Assembly: GCF_001194135.2 (NCBI RefSeq)
Contig: NC_068981.1
Location: 47,176,217 to 47,229,710 of the forward strand
Direction of reading: 5' to 3'
Length of the DNA stretch: 53,494 bases
DNA from: Octopus bimaculoides
Lineage: Eukaryota
The position numbers and the translations under genes are program-made. Positions 24,959 through 37,029 of this stretch are shown here, in pieces; the stretch's first letter is position 1; the number at the start of each line of letters is the position of its first letter. A model generated the notes under the pieces. The model was not told the origin of the DNA and made no database searches. It saw only the letters and a list, made by a program, of their open reading frames with translations.

Positions 24959-25396
24959 TACAAACCATCAAATACAGTTACAAGATGTTTCTATGATATA
25001 ATATCATAGGTATATATAATATTCTATGATATAAAAGTCTAGGTAACACGTAAGCTCTGAATGTGGCATAGTTTTTAACGGCAGAAATGTGGCGACTGAC
25101 ATATTGTTTGTCATCTGCTTTATATAAATGTTGTCAGGTATATAAGGGTGGTACAGGTATCGAAGGTAAAAATAGGAATATCATCAGATTTCCAGCAAAG
25201 ATTAATGTGAAGAAATTTACTTTACTCGGTGTTAAATGGAAGCTGTCACGGAGTGCTCAAATCTATCAACGAACTCAAGCAAATATTGAATATCTTGAAT
25301 AAAACGAACTAATTGAGACTCGTCAAATAAAGCAATTTTCCAATTTAAGCAAAAATACAATTGTCATTTTCGCAGATAGGCGGGCTAGAGACGATA

Positions 25397-25812
25397 ACAT
25401 CTCCTTTACTCATTGACTTGTTTCAGTCATTTGATTGTGGCCATGCTGGAGCACCGCTTTTAGTCAAGCAGATGGACCCGAGGACTTGTTCGTTGTAAGC
25501 CTAGTACTTATTGTATCGGTTTCTTTTGCCGAACCGCTAAGTTACTGGGACGTAAATACGCCAGCATCGGTTGTCAAGCGACGTCGGGTGGGGGGACAAA
25601 CACAGACAAACAAACATATACACACACGCATATATATATACATATATACGACGGACTTCTTTCAGTTTCCGTCTACCAAATCCACTCACAAGTCTTTGGT
25701 CGGCCCGATGCTACAGTAGAAATTACTTGCCCTAGGTGCCATTCAGTGGGACAGAACCCGGGGCCATGTGGTTGGTTGGCAAGCTACTTACCACACAGCC
25801 ACTCCTAAGCCT
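25397..25812 (-). mobile_element. tRNA-derived SINE, family A (resembles octopus OR-type CORE-SINEs), near full length
   Basis: Minus-strand head has A box TGGCTGTGTGG and B box GGGTTCTGTCCC, then a CORE-like acctagggcaagt, an internal (TG/TA)n and a 3' body shared with 31375-31728. Confidence 0.9.
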
Positions 25813-26949
25813 ATTCAGGAAAGATATTGTTAATATAAACTTAGAACAAGGTCGAACAATACTAGAAGACTGAGGAATACGTAGAAAATATGTAGTCGAA
25901 TTGAAGCATTGAAAAACATTTTAAGTACAAAGTTTGTCCAAAAACCATTAAGTTAATCCTGTAATTCTGCTAAAAATTTTATAAGCAAGTTGATGAGACT
26001 AGCTTAACTAAATCTGTCAAAGGTTTGTTTGGTATGTCAATCACAAATTTATTGACTTCAGTTATTGCAACTGAAGTAGAACCATACAATCTTCACAAGT
26101 TCAGAATTAGTAATAAATAAGGAAGTTGAGATTGCGTACTATTTCTCAGAGAAAAGACGGAATAACTAAGGTTGCAAGACTGCTAACTTTGATCAGTTAC
26201 ATAAATACGTTACTAAATAGATGAAGTAACCTGTAGTAGTTATGAGGAACAGAATGTCTGCCAAACGATTGCAATAAGGAAAGCAAAATATATTTTAGAA
26301 ATCAGGCAAGAAAGCATAACTCACTCTAGTATTAGTTGACGAGTTTAAATTGAGCAGACGATAGAGATAAAACGCACTTGTAAATCAACAGGTGGCATAT
26401 TATTCGCTTCAGAAACCAATTAAGGCTACAAAATAATTTCACTTAACATTTTGTATTTGCACGGAAATAAATAAAAGGCATTATACTTTGAAGAAAACTA
26501 TTTTGAGATATGGTCCACTGGACCACTAAGGGGTTTCTAGGAAAACCAAAGGAGGAAATAATTCTGGTTTATCTTTACAAATTCAAGCAATGAAGAATGT
26601 TAGATTAACAATTAGACAATATGCTTTTATAAGTTTTACAATTAAAAATTAAGGAATGTTAACAAAAATTATTATGCAGAGAATTATGGATAAAGAAATT
26701 TGATCTCATACACCCTCATATATCCAGATATATAGTACTATACATAAGAATTTCCCCAATGGCTATATATCTCAGCTTAATAAATCTTTCATGTTATAAG
26801 AATATAAGAGAAACAAATTATGCCTATAACATATATTTCCTGTTTATATTAGAAGCAAGAGAAATATCTCCCCTAATTCTTAAGTCATCGCCGTCAAAAG
26901 TAGTACCGATATAGGATATGATAATCATCTGCATTACAATTAAACAATT

Positions 26950-27020
26950 GACCAAAGCCTTGTGAGGCGAATTGGTAGGCAGAAACCGAAAACAATCCGT
27001 CGAACACACACACACACACA
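26950..27020 (+). mobile_element. SINE family A fragment
   Basis: gaccaaagccttgtgag..aattggtag.cagaaaccgaaa..aatccgtcg-(CA)n matches the reverse complement of 25650-25705. Confidence 0.65.
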
Positions 27021-27799
27021 NNNNNNNNNNNNNNNNNNNNNNNNNNNNNNNNNNNNNNNNNNNNNNNNNNNNNNNNNNNNNNNNNNNNNNNNNNNNNNNN
27101 NNNNNNNNNNNNNNNNNNNNNNNNNNNNNNNNNNNNNNNNNNNNNNNNNNNNNNNNNNNNNNNNNNNNNNNNNNNNNNNNNNNNNNNNNNNNNNNNNNNN
27201 NNNNNNNNNNNNNNNNNNNNNNNNNNNNNNNNNNNNNNNNNNNNNNNNNNNNNNNNNNNNNNNNNNNNNNNNNNNNNNNNNNNNNNNNNNNNNNNNNNNN
27301 NNNGCACATCTCTATAATATTTATCAACTATATAAAAGTTATGTCAAAAGGAAACGAAAGATACGCACTATATTTCACTACTGACCCTTCTCCAATAGGC
27401 ATCAACAAGTGAAGTTTCATATGGTATTCTAGAAACTGAAGAAATAGTAATGTCAGACAAAACAAACAAACTCGACAATATTGATTTAGATTATGCCTGC
27501 AGACAAAATCGAAATTATCCTGAGAAACTTCAGCACTCAAAAACTTAAAACATATTAACGATGCACATATAAGTATAGGGCATACTAAGGAAAACATGTG
27601 CGTTTGGTATGACTGTCGGTTTACGTGGTCATAGCTAAGTATGTAAATGTTTTAATACGCACGTAAGTACATGCATGGATATATACACTTTTACAATAGC
27701 AATTACAAATGCATATAGAGACAACGTTATGCATACAGATATATATATATATTCACACACATATATATATATATAAACGCGTATATACATAGACAACCC

Positions 27800-28045
27800 C
27801 CTAACAATGAATCATTCGACACCATCCTCCAGAACAATCCTTTACTAAAAAGGAACCACAGAATGAGTCGATCTTCGAAACGCATAGCATCATAAAATGC
27901 AAATGGCAACACAAGAACTAACCGGCTTCAAAATTATTCCCCTCTATAAATTCAGGGACAATGCAACCAATAATGAGCACTTTAGCAAAGAATCATATTT
28001 TATCGCAAAATTTAATCCCCTTTTGAATTCTCCAACCACGGATGA
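27800..28045 (+). mobile_element. Internally deleted Neptune-like PLE fragment
   Basis: IFETHSIIKCKWQHKN parallels VFEAHQIIKSKGQPKS at ~11335, and FKIIPLYKF...KESYFIAKFNPLLN parallels the EN C-terminus at 11720-11843. Confidence 0.6.
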
Positions 28046-28186
28046 CACTACTAGAAGGATCTTAGAATAATACCCATGCAAGTATTAAAAAAAGATATAT
28101 TCAGAACAATCACTACCCATTAATATATTCCAATTCCAATTCCAATCATTACTCTACTACTGTCTACTGTCTACTGCTGTCATGCC

Positions 28187-28227
28187 ATTCTTCTTCTTCT
28201 TCTTCTTCTTCTTCTTCTTCTTCTTTT

Positions 28228-28259
<32 letters not shown>

Positions 28260-28319
28260 TTCTTCTTCTTCTTCTTCTTCTTCTTCTTCTTCTTCTTCTT
28301 CTTCTTCTTCTTCTTCTTC
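28187..28319. repeat. (TTC)n microsatellite running into a gap
   Basis: Directly visible. Confidence 0.95.
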
Positions 28320-29128
28320 NNNNNNNNNNNNNNNNNNNNNNNNNNNNNNNNNNNNNNNNNNNNNNNNNNNNNNNNNNNNNNNNNNNNNNNNNNNNNNNNN
28401 NNNNNNNNNNNNNNNNNNNNNNNNNNNNNNNNNNNNNNNNNNNNNNNNNNNNNNNNNNNNNNNNNNNNNNNNNNNNNNNNNNNNNNNNNNNNNNNNNNNN
28501 NNNNNNNNNNNNNNNNNNNNNNNNNNNNNNNNNNNNNNNNNNNNNNNNNNNNNNNNNNNNNNNNNNNNNNNNNNNNNNNNNNNNNNNNNNNNNNNNNNNN
28601 NNNNNNNNNNNNNNNNNNNNNNNNNNNNNNNNNNNNNNNNNNNNNNNNNNNNNNNNNNNNNNNNNNNNNNNNNNNNNNNNNNNNNNNNNNNNNNNNNNNN
28701 NNNNNNNNNNNNNNNNNNNNNNNNNNNNNNNNNNNNNNNNNNNNNNNNNNNNNNNNNNNNNNNNNNNNNNNNNNNNNNNNNNNNNNNNNNNNNNNNNNNN
28801 NNNNNNNNNNNNNNNNNNNNNNNNNNNNNNNNNNNNNNNNNNNNNNNNNNNNNNNNNNNNNNNNNNNNNNNNNNNNNNNNNNNNNNNNNNNNNNNNNNNN
28901 NNNNNNNNNNNNNNNNNNNNNNNNNNNNNNNNNNNNNNNNNNNNNNNNNNNNNNNNNNNNNNNNNNNNNNNNNNNNNNNNNNNNNNNNNNNNNNNNNNNN
29001 NNNNNNNNNNNNNNNNNNNNNNNNNNNNNNNNNNNNNNNNNNNNNNNNNNNNNNNNNNNNNNNNNNNNNNNNNNNNNNNNNNNNNNNNNNNNNNNNNNNN
29101 NNNNNNNNNNNNNNNNNNNNNNNNNNNN

Positions 29129-29163
<35 letters not shown>

Positions 29164-29556
29164 CGGAGATGTATAGCAAGTGACTTGATCTGAGATCGTA
29201 TGCTGAAACAAAAACAATTGCAACGTGGGAGATGTTTATAAGCCATTTATGAACACGCAAAAAGATTAGATTCCCTTCAACATTTGAATTTATATTGTGT
29301 CAAAATAGGCCCACACACACATGCATATATATTCAATTCGCGTTAATTTACGTTGAGAAGTTCTTCACTACACACTAGTAACTTCAATATCGCGTTCGGG
29401 GAACATAGGAAGCCATATTTTCTGCGCTTTTCTTTCTTTTTATTTCCTATGTATAACGACTGATACTCACCCAAACAGACCCAAAGAACAATTTATTCCA
29501 CCAGCGAACCATTTTTCAATTAGAAACAAAAAAGAAAAAAACATGGTTTACTGAAG

Positions 29557-30841
29557 TACAACAAGTGTTCATAAAATATTTTCCCTGACTACTTGTCACG
29601 AACTGGAATAAACGAAACTTTGCATAATTATTAGTCCTTCTATACATAGCCACCTCCAATGGTGACATACTTTTCACATTGCTTTAGCAGCTGTGAAGGC
29701 CTCGTCTGTAGAAGTCGGTAGGTTGCGTTTTGAGCGAAGACTTTACTTCGGAAATAAGTTCATCCCCATCCGAAAAGTGTTTCCCTTTCAAAAAAGACTC
29801 CATGGTGGAAAGAGTTGTAAGTCAGATGGTTGTAGTTCGGGAGGGTAAGGGGGGCTCAGAAGGATTTTAGAGACACAGGAGTGTGCTTTCATCTGGACAT
29901 CATGCGTATTGTGAACTGTGGGGTATTCTTGGGGGAGGCGGCCACCTGTAATCACTATGCCATGCATCTCTGTCTTGATAGCGCCCCGCAAGTTCTGTAG
30001 CAGAGAATTATAGTATTCCCAGTTAATTGTGGTAACCTTTGCCAGAAAATCCTTCATCAGTACTCCACGCTGGTTCCAAAAAAAGGTGAGCATCACCTTG
30101 CCTGCTGAAGGTCGGACACGAAGATTCTTTGGATGTGGTGAGTTATGCTTCCATTGCTTCGACTGGACTTTAATCTCAGGATCATATTGATGGACTCATA
30201 TTTCTTCTTGTGTGATAAGTCTGGCAAAAAAGTCCTCCTTTTTTTTCTTAGAACATTGCCAAATGTGCCTGGGAGCAACTGACTCGTTCTTGCTTCTGAA
30301 AAGGTGTGAACATCCGGAGAATCCATCGTGTAGATACCGTCCGCCTGCACAAATGGTCGTGAATGATTTTTCCACGGACTACTCACTTACCTTCACTTCT
30401 TGGGCTGGTTGCGGAATAGTTATGCAGCGATCCTCTGGAATGACGGCTTCCAATTTAAAGAAGGTGTTGTCATCAATGGAGGATTATGGTCATCCAGGAA
30501 TAGGGGCAGTTTCCACCGATGTTCGACCACATGTGTACTGGTGACACCAGTGCTTGACTAAATCGTATCATAGTGCATTGTTACTATAAACCTCTTCCAT
30601 CTGATCGAAAATCTTTTTTGGTGTACGACTTTTCAAGTACACCAACCTGACCACTGTTCTCCATTCCTCTTCCCCCATTATAACACATTAGTCCACTTCA
30701 GCAGCCGTAAAATTGAAACGAATACCAATGGAAAGCTGCATGCTACATGTAAATACATATATGATTATACCTTTTGAAGTTACGTTTCCCGCAATAAACG
30801 GAAGTTGGTCAGGGTAATCGTTAATGAACAACCCTCGCATA
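29557..30841 (-). mobile_element. Full-length-sized (~1.29 kb) mariner transposon, pseudogenised
   Basis: Degenerate TIRs tacaacaagtgttcataaaatattttccctgac and (rc) tgcgagggttgttcattaacgattaccctgac. Minus-strand transposase remnants include KKMMLTFFWNQRGVLMKDFLAKVTTINWEYY and LLSPPYPPELQPSDLQLFP (YSPDLAPSD motif). Confidence 0.9.
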
Positions 30842-31374
30842 TTACAAAGATAGAAATTTTCAGCTGCACGCACCTCGGAATATATATTTGCATATTCTAA
30901 TTATTTAGGATATAAAAAGAAGGCAAAATTCTCTGAGCACTGTCCAACTAATAAATATAAACAACATTTCTAAAGACTCAGAGAAACACACCATTACCAA
31001 AGCCGGAAACCAGAACAAGCGCTAATAATTTATTGTTTCTAGCCTACTATCACTATACGTTTCATAATATTGGAATATATTCCTGTGCAAAAATATCAGA
31101 GACGGGAACATTAATTTAATTAACGTCTGGATTGCGCAATATGGCTCAATATTTTCAGAATGAAATCCAAAACGATGATCAGCATTGAAATACATCTCAC
31201 GAACTATGTCATGAATATTTCGTTTAATAAAAGCGAATATGTTGAATCGATGCATTTCATATACGAGACACGGCACATAGCAATTTGCCTTGGTAAATAA
31301 ACTTGTTATATCGTCAAAAATTATTCATTTGAAAATATACTGATCAAATCACATTTTCTTTATACATTTCTCTT

Positions 31375-31728
31375 TCTCTTTTTTTTATTCTTTTATCTGT
31401 TTCAGTCGTTTGACTGCAGCAATGCTGGAGCACCGCCTTTTAGTCGAGTAAATCGACCCCAGGACTTATTCTTTGTAAGCCTAGTACTTGGTATATCGGT
31501 CTTTTGCCGAACCACTAATTTACGGGTACGTAAACACACTAGCNNNNNNNNNNATATATATACACGACGGGCTTCTTTCAGTTTCCGTCTACCAAATCCA
31601 CTCATAAGGCTTTAGTCGGCTCGAGGTTATAGAAGAAGCCACTTGCCCAAGGTGTCACGCAGTGGGACTGAACACGGAACCATGTGGTTAGTACGCAAGC
31701 TACTTACCACAGAGCCACTCCTGCGACT
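31375..31728 (-). mobile_element. tRNA-derived SINE, family A (small internal gap)
   Basis: Colinear with 25397-25812 (atgctggagcaccgc.tttagtc, gcctagtactt, ttctttcagtttccgtctaccaaatccactca, gcaagctacttaccaca.agccactcct). Confidence 0.9.
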
Positions 31729-33299
31729 ATGTAAAATTCTGATATAACTTCTTGCAACCGATTGATTAAAATTCTCTCAGATCGTTTGCTTCCTGAAACA
31801 AAAGAACATCGATCATTATAGTAGGAGAGATTTATTATGCGTTTAGTGTGTGTGTTTGATATATCAACCACTCATATTTAGATGAATCCTAACACTAAAC
31901 AAAACTCGCAACCTCCGAGTTATTATTATTTTTCTTCCATTGAAATTCAAACGAACACCAGGTTAAATATTATCCTTTTCATAAAAAAAAATGTGAGGAA
32001 GTTCCTACTTTAAACACGAGAATATACCAAAACAAGCGTCAATTCGTAGTTTCATTTACCTAGGTACGATATTTAATCACTTTTTTTGCAATTGGTACAT
32101 GCAATTGTTATATATTATGATTCGAAATACAAAGAAATACCAATATATCCCGTAATATTCTAGTTCTAAATTAGAATAAATGGTTAAGATACTATATTAC
32201 GTCTAAAATCGAATTAAAATCGCAATTTACCCAAGTGAAAAACTCGTACTTTATAGTTGAAAGTAGTAAATTAGGCGGCCAGGATGAAACACTTAATTAA
32301 TTTCTCTACTTTCCTTGTTACACACAATAGTTGCTGGAAATAATTAGACCTTACTAATCAAATAGGGTTAACGGCACACTAAAAGAAAATTGCTACAGGA
32401 AGTATTAAATATGAGGAGAGGTCACCTGAATGGATTTCATTTAACAATAATAACAACATAACACAGCAAATATATTTACGCTTGTTTATTAATATGAACA
32501 CCGACACTTAGATTGTAGCCAATGTAATTTTACAGGGAATCGTCTATATCTCCGAAAGTAAGTTAACCGACTGCTTATAGATGGATAAAAGCATGGCGTT
32601 TTACGAATTAAGTCAAAATATTTCAAGTTACATCTTTTGACTGAAGATATTTGATGCAACACCAACATTTCTGTAGGAGTTAGTGTCCAAAATATCTTAT
32701 GGTACACTGCATACCGAGATACATTATAAATAGCTTTTTTCTTAGTCCTAAGAGCATGATGCGCAAATTGTCACGCAAAAAAAAAAAGAGACACGTCCAT
32801 ATTCGTCTGATTTCTCAGAAAAATACTCCCGTTATACTGGATAAAAGCCCATTGAAGATAAGTATTTTAAAATGCAAGACAATAGTAAGGCCAGCTTCAA
32901 AACCTACAACATCACTACAGAGATTACACTTTAACTTGTGTAATATTAATTATTTCCACGCGTATTTATGCTAAAAGTTGTCTTAAACTAATCTGAAAAT
33001 TTTCATTCAAGCAAAGGAAAATGTCATCGACCTCGTTATTCATATTCAATTGATTTGCAGAAATGGAATTATATGTTAGCTATCTAATCTTCAACATGTT
33101 CCTCTGAAATGCTTGTTGATCTGATCTGAATGGAAAGTTTCTAATTTTTTTAGAGAGCTCGTCTATAAAAGAATACGTGAAATAATGAAAATAAAGAATA
33201 ACCAGTATTCGCATACCCATATATGCACACCAATCGCAATGTGGTGAAGGGCGAACATCAAGGGATTTAGAAGTGTTTTCGAGTGACTTGCGCTACCAC

Positions 33300-33830
33300 T
33301 TGTCCTATCCAGGTCATAAAAAGTAATTTTATGTTGAAAACAAGCGACACATCAAGTCAAATTTCTATCGAAGACGTCAGAGGTGTCTCACGTAACTTAA
33401 AGGCTTTGATGATGGATGTAGTCGGCAACGGATTCCAAGTTCTGATAGAATTAAGCTTCGATGTCACTGGGCCAATGTATCTCTCTCTCCCTCCATCCCT
33501 CTCTCAATGCCAAGTCGTTAGGTATTCCATGTGCTACATCTTCGCCACTTATACAAAACTTAGGTCTGATCTTCCAGTTTCACAAATTGCAGCCAACAGA
33601 AAGCTTATGATGAACGCTGCATTATCCATGTAATTCTTCTCACTTTCAGTTGCGTCTCCAAATGTGAGGGTTGTACAGAAATTAATTCAAAAGTATGCAT
33701 GCGTTTTTCAGTTAACTCTCAGTGGTAACCACCTTGGGTCTTTTAAAATGCAAGCGTTGGTGGAATAACTCTTTCTCTAGTGTAAGTCTTCATTCTGTTC
33801 TTTGTCATTCCATGCAGAAGCAATGTATAC
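33300..33830 (-). mobile_element. Possible CR1/L2-type LINE 3' relic
   Basis: Minus strand ILKDPRWLPLR (cf. LxxLHWLPI) and SIRTWNPLP (cf. WNxLP). Motifs are isolated. Confidence 0.25.
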
Positions 33831-33939
33831 TGACAGTGTGTTGTTGACGCCTGTGGTAGGTGCAGGCAGTTCATCCTTTATAAAATAAAATTTAAAAAAA
33901 GCAATAGTTTGTTTATAGAGATACTACCATTGATATGAG

Positions 33940-34330
33940 CAACGTTCAGATTCAGATAAAGAAATTATTTTAATGCGGGAAACACTGAAGAAAATCGCAC
34001 TGTGTAAATCGGCAAGAGCCGACAGACAAAGCATACTGCGTGAGCTTGCTACACAAAAAGATTGGTGTGCAAAGAAGTTACCTCGGCAGCTGATACCTCA
34101 TATAGAGGAAAGTCATGCGGCGTATGCTCTGGAAGTGTTTGTAGCCAATGAAGACACGCTGTTTACCATTTCGCAAGAGAGAAAGTAACGCAAGCTCAGT
34201 TTGTGATGGATATAAAATCTCGCTCCATACAATGGCATTTCACTTCATTTCCAAGCCCAAAGAAATTTAAGAGCAACCGATTGACACGAAAAGTAATGTA
34301 GACAATAAAGCCGTCATTCACTGGTTTTCT
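33940..34330 (+). mobile_element. Mariner transposase fragment
   Basis: CAKKLPRQLIPH (WVPRQL-like) and QWHFTSFPSPKKFKSNRLTRKVM (QW..SPxPKKFK...KVM motif). Confidence 0.55.
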
Positions 34331-35666
34331 GCGCTGTTAACATTAACCATGGTAGAGATACACACCAAAAGTTTAGGGAAGCGTTTAGAAACAAGATGCT
34401 GGAAAAAACTGAAAACAAACCATATTAATCATGACACTTCGGGAACAGACGCATCTGTGTGCTTCTTTTTTAGTTCAATAAAGGGCAGTATTTGGGACAA
34501 CGCTTTCTTGACAGAAATTATATGAAATTAGCAGTGAATAAATGCACACCTGAATATTTTGAAAGTGGACTGGAGAGTTGGACTTAAATATGCATCGTTT
34601 TATATAGAGACTCGGTTGAATAGGACCTTTGTAACAGGAAGACTTTCTCGAGTAACATTTGCAGATTGAACTACCTGTATTAGTTAACAAAATACCACTT
34701 TTGCATTACTTTCAGAACCATATCACTATATCCCTGTATACATTTATATTATGGATACAAGTACCAGCCTTTCTAACAACGTCGTCATAATTCTAAACAG
34801 AAATGTTCCTTCAAACGTTATCACCTTCCCATTTCCGACAATATTATCATTATTACCACTGCCGTGTACAATAACACTATCTTATCAACATAGTTTCCAA
34901 CCTAAATTCACTAATTCACTCCTTGAATAATATATTCAATAATAAAGGTATGAAATTCATCTTAAACAAGACAACATGTCGCTTGCAAGGCAGAATTGTT
35001 ATAGTGTCACACGAAATGCATTGAATGAATTAATTACGCTTTCAAAAGCTGCATGCTTAAATTTCATCGTTCTCCATTTTGCGAAAATCAGGTAACATCA
35101 AAACCAGTCAACTGTACGAATTATACTCAGTTATGTCGTCTGGTGCTATATCGAGAAATCAATATTACCTATGATCACTGTAATCGTATATTATTTATGA
35201 TCACTGCTATCAATAAAATTCTATCATTATTATCATCTTTCTCATATACCTTGACATAGATATTTCTTGGTTTGACAAGGAAACTTCATTTTATATTAAG
35301 CACCTACACAAAAAGGTTACTGCCTTAATAAAATGCATAAGGAGAAACGGATGTGATCATTTAAATATGTGTGTGTGTACGTGCTGAATACGAATGTGTG
35401 TGTACGCGCGTGTGTATGTACGTGTGTGAGTACGCATGTGTGTGTAAGTGTATGTGTATGTACGTGTGTGTGTGAATGTGTATGCCTCTGCGTGTTCGTT
35501 ATTGTCGACAGAAGAAGCATAAGTTCAAAATAGAATTCTGTATATCTTACTTCAATAGAGCTAATATTTATCCCCACTTAAATATTATGTCGCGGAATTA
35601 AATTGCCTCTGTTGCTCATATATGTCTTATATAGTTCTGTATTTAAGAGATGAGGAATTATGTAAG

Positions 35667-35935
35667 TTATTTACATTTGACGGATATTTGTCCTCCTCTT
35701 GTTGTTAACACAACTCTTCGGCAGATATACCCACCAGGTTTTATGAGGGGTCTTGGGTAAATTTCGAAACTGGGTTCTCAATCCTAAGGTATTTTTCGAT
35801 TATTTACATTTGACAGATATTTGTCCTCAACTAATTTGTTGTTAAAACATCTTTTCGGCTGATATACCCTCCAGCCGTCATCAGGTGTCCTGGGGAAATT
35901 TCGAAACTGTGTTCTCATTCCGAAAGTATTTTCCA
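35667..35935 (-). ncRNA. Tandem pair (~134-bp period) of PLE pseudo-LTR units, each carrying a decayed minimal hammerhead
   Basis: Unit 2 minus strand reads GGACAC-CUGAUGA-c-GGCUG(gagggtatat)CAGCC-GAAA-agau-guuuu, with intact core and 5-bp stem II but mutated stem III. Unit 1 has a mutated core but keeps GUUGUGUU, which would pair with GACAC as stem I. Confidence 0.75.
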
Positions 35936-35952
35936 ATGCTGTTGTTGTTGAT

Positions 35953-36137
35953 ATAACAGCACTTGGACATCTTCGTGGTGGGGCCAGACAATAAAGGTGT
36001 CATCAACATAACGCAGCCATAGGGCTGGTTTTATCCTACAGTGGTGTTGATCCTACAACCAAATTCTCAAAGTATTCCATGTATATATTGACTATTTTTG
36101 GCGATAATGCCGAACCTATAGCTAAACGCTTTTCTTG
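35953..36137 (-). mobile_element. PLE reverse transcriptase core fragment (inverted)
   Basis: Minus strand QEKRLAIGSALSPKIVNIYMEYFE and KPALWLRYVDDTFIVWPHHEDVQVLL. The YVDD codons lie at 35999-36010. Confidence 0.9.
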
Positions 36138-36151
36138 TCAATATATATCAG

Positions 36152-37027
36152 AGTCCATACATTATTCTGTGGACCCATCGGGAAGATATCCAAGTGCAGT
36201 TAGATCATGTGAACTCAATAAAGCCATCCATACAGTTCACAATGGAAAAGAAAAAAGACAATAACCTAGCATTCCTTGACGTATTAATAACAAGCACCAA
36301 ATATGGATTCAGGACATCCGTATATCGCTAGTCGACCTTCACTGGACGATACCTTACCTTCAATTCCCACCATCCTTACAGTGTAGAGAGGAATTGATCA
36401 GTGCCGAAAACATCGAGCGAAGATTATAAGTATTGATCGTGATGCACACCACGAAGAAATGATGAAGCTCAGTAACAATCTATTAAGCAACAACTAGCCC
36501 CAAATATACTACCTACTCCAATAACGAAGAAGAGAGAAGATGAGACCAATAAACGGTCTACAGTTTTCTACCCTATGTGAAATGTCCCTCCGAAAAGATG
36601 CAAACGATATGCGACCCATATGACATCAGAACAGTATTCAAAAGTAATACAACACATCGCAAATATCTCCTTCGAGTAAAACCACCAATAGAAGACAAAC
36701 TGACAAAAAAACAGCGTCTCCTCCATCCCATGCAGCTTTGTTCGATTATACAATAGCGAAACATGCCGCCCCCTTAAAATAAGGGTAGCCGAGCATCGCG
36801 AAGCTGTGACACGAAGAGATATTGATAACTCGGGTATAGCTGATCAAGTATGGAAAAATGGAGACCACCTTCCCCTGTGGGATGAAAGTGAAATAATAGA
36901 CACAGAACACCACTGGAAAATACAAAAACTAAAAGAAGCAGCATATATGCTAGGAAACAACAACCTCCCAAGCAGGCCGAGTGCAGATATGTATAGCATA
37001 TGGGAACCTGTATTAAGGAATGATTAG
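36152..37027 (+). mobile_element. Poseidon-like PLE: RT C-terminus plus GIY-YIG endonuclease, pseudogenised
   Basis: LWTHREDIQVQLDHVNSIKPSIQFTMEK..NNLAFLDVLIT, FRTSVYR..TFTGRYLTFNSHHP, YDIRTVFKSNTT, SSIPCSFVRLYNSETCRPLKIRVAEHR...GIADQVW...WDESEIIDTEHHWKIQKLKEA...IWEPVLRND*. Confidence 0.9.
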
Positions 37028-37029
37028 AA

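Noticed and set aside
25750-25812. tRNA gene (also 31660-31728 and 52260-52355)
   Set aside because: The A/B boxes belong to SINE heads continuing into shared SINE bodies, and there is no cloverleaf.
35667-35935. Tandem repeat as a CRISPR array
   Set aside because: Only two contiguous ~134-bp units, no spacers, no cas genes and a eukaryotic context.
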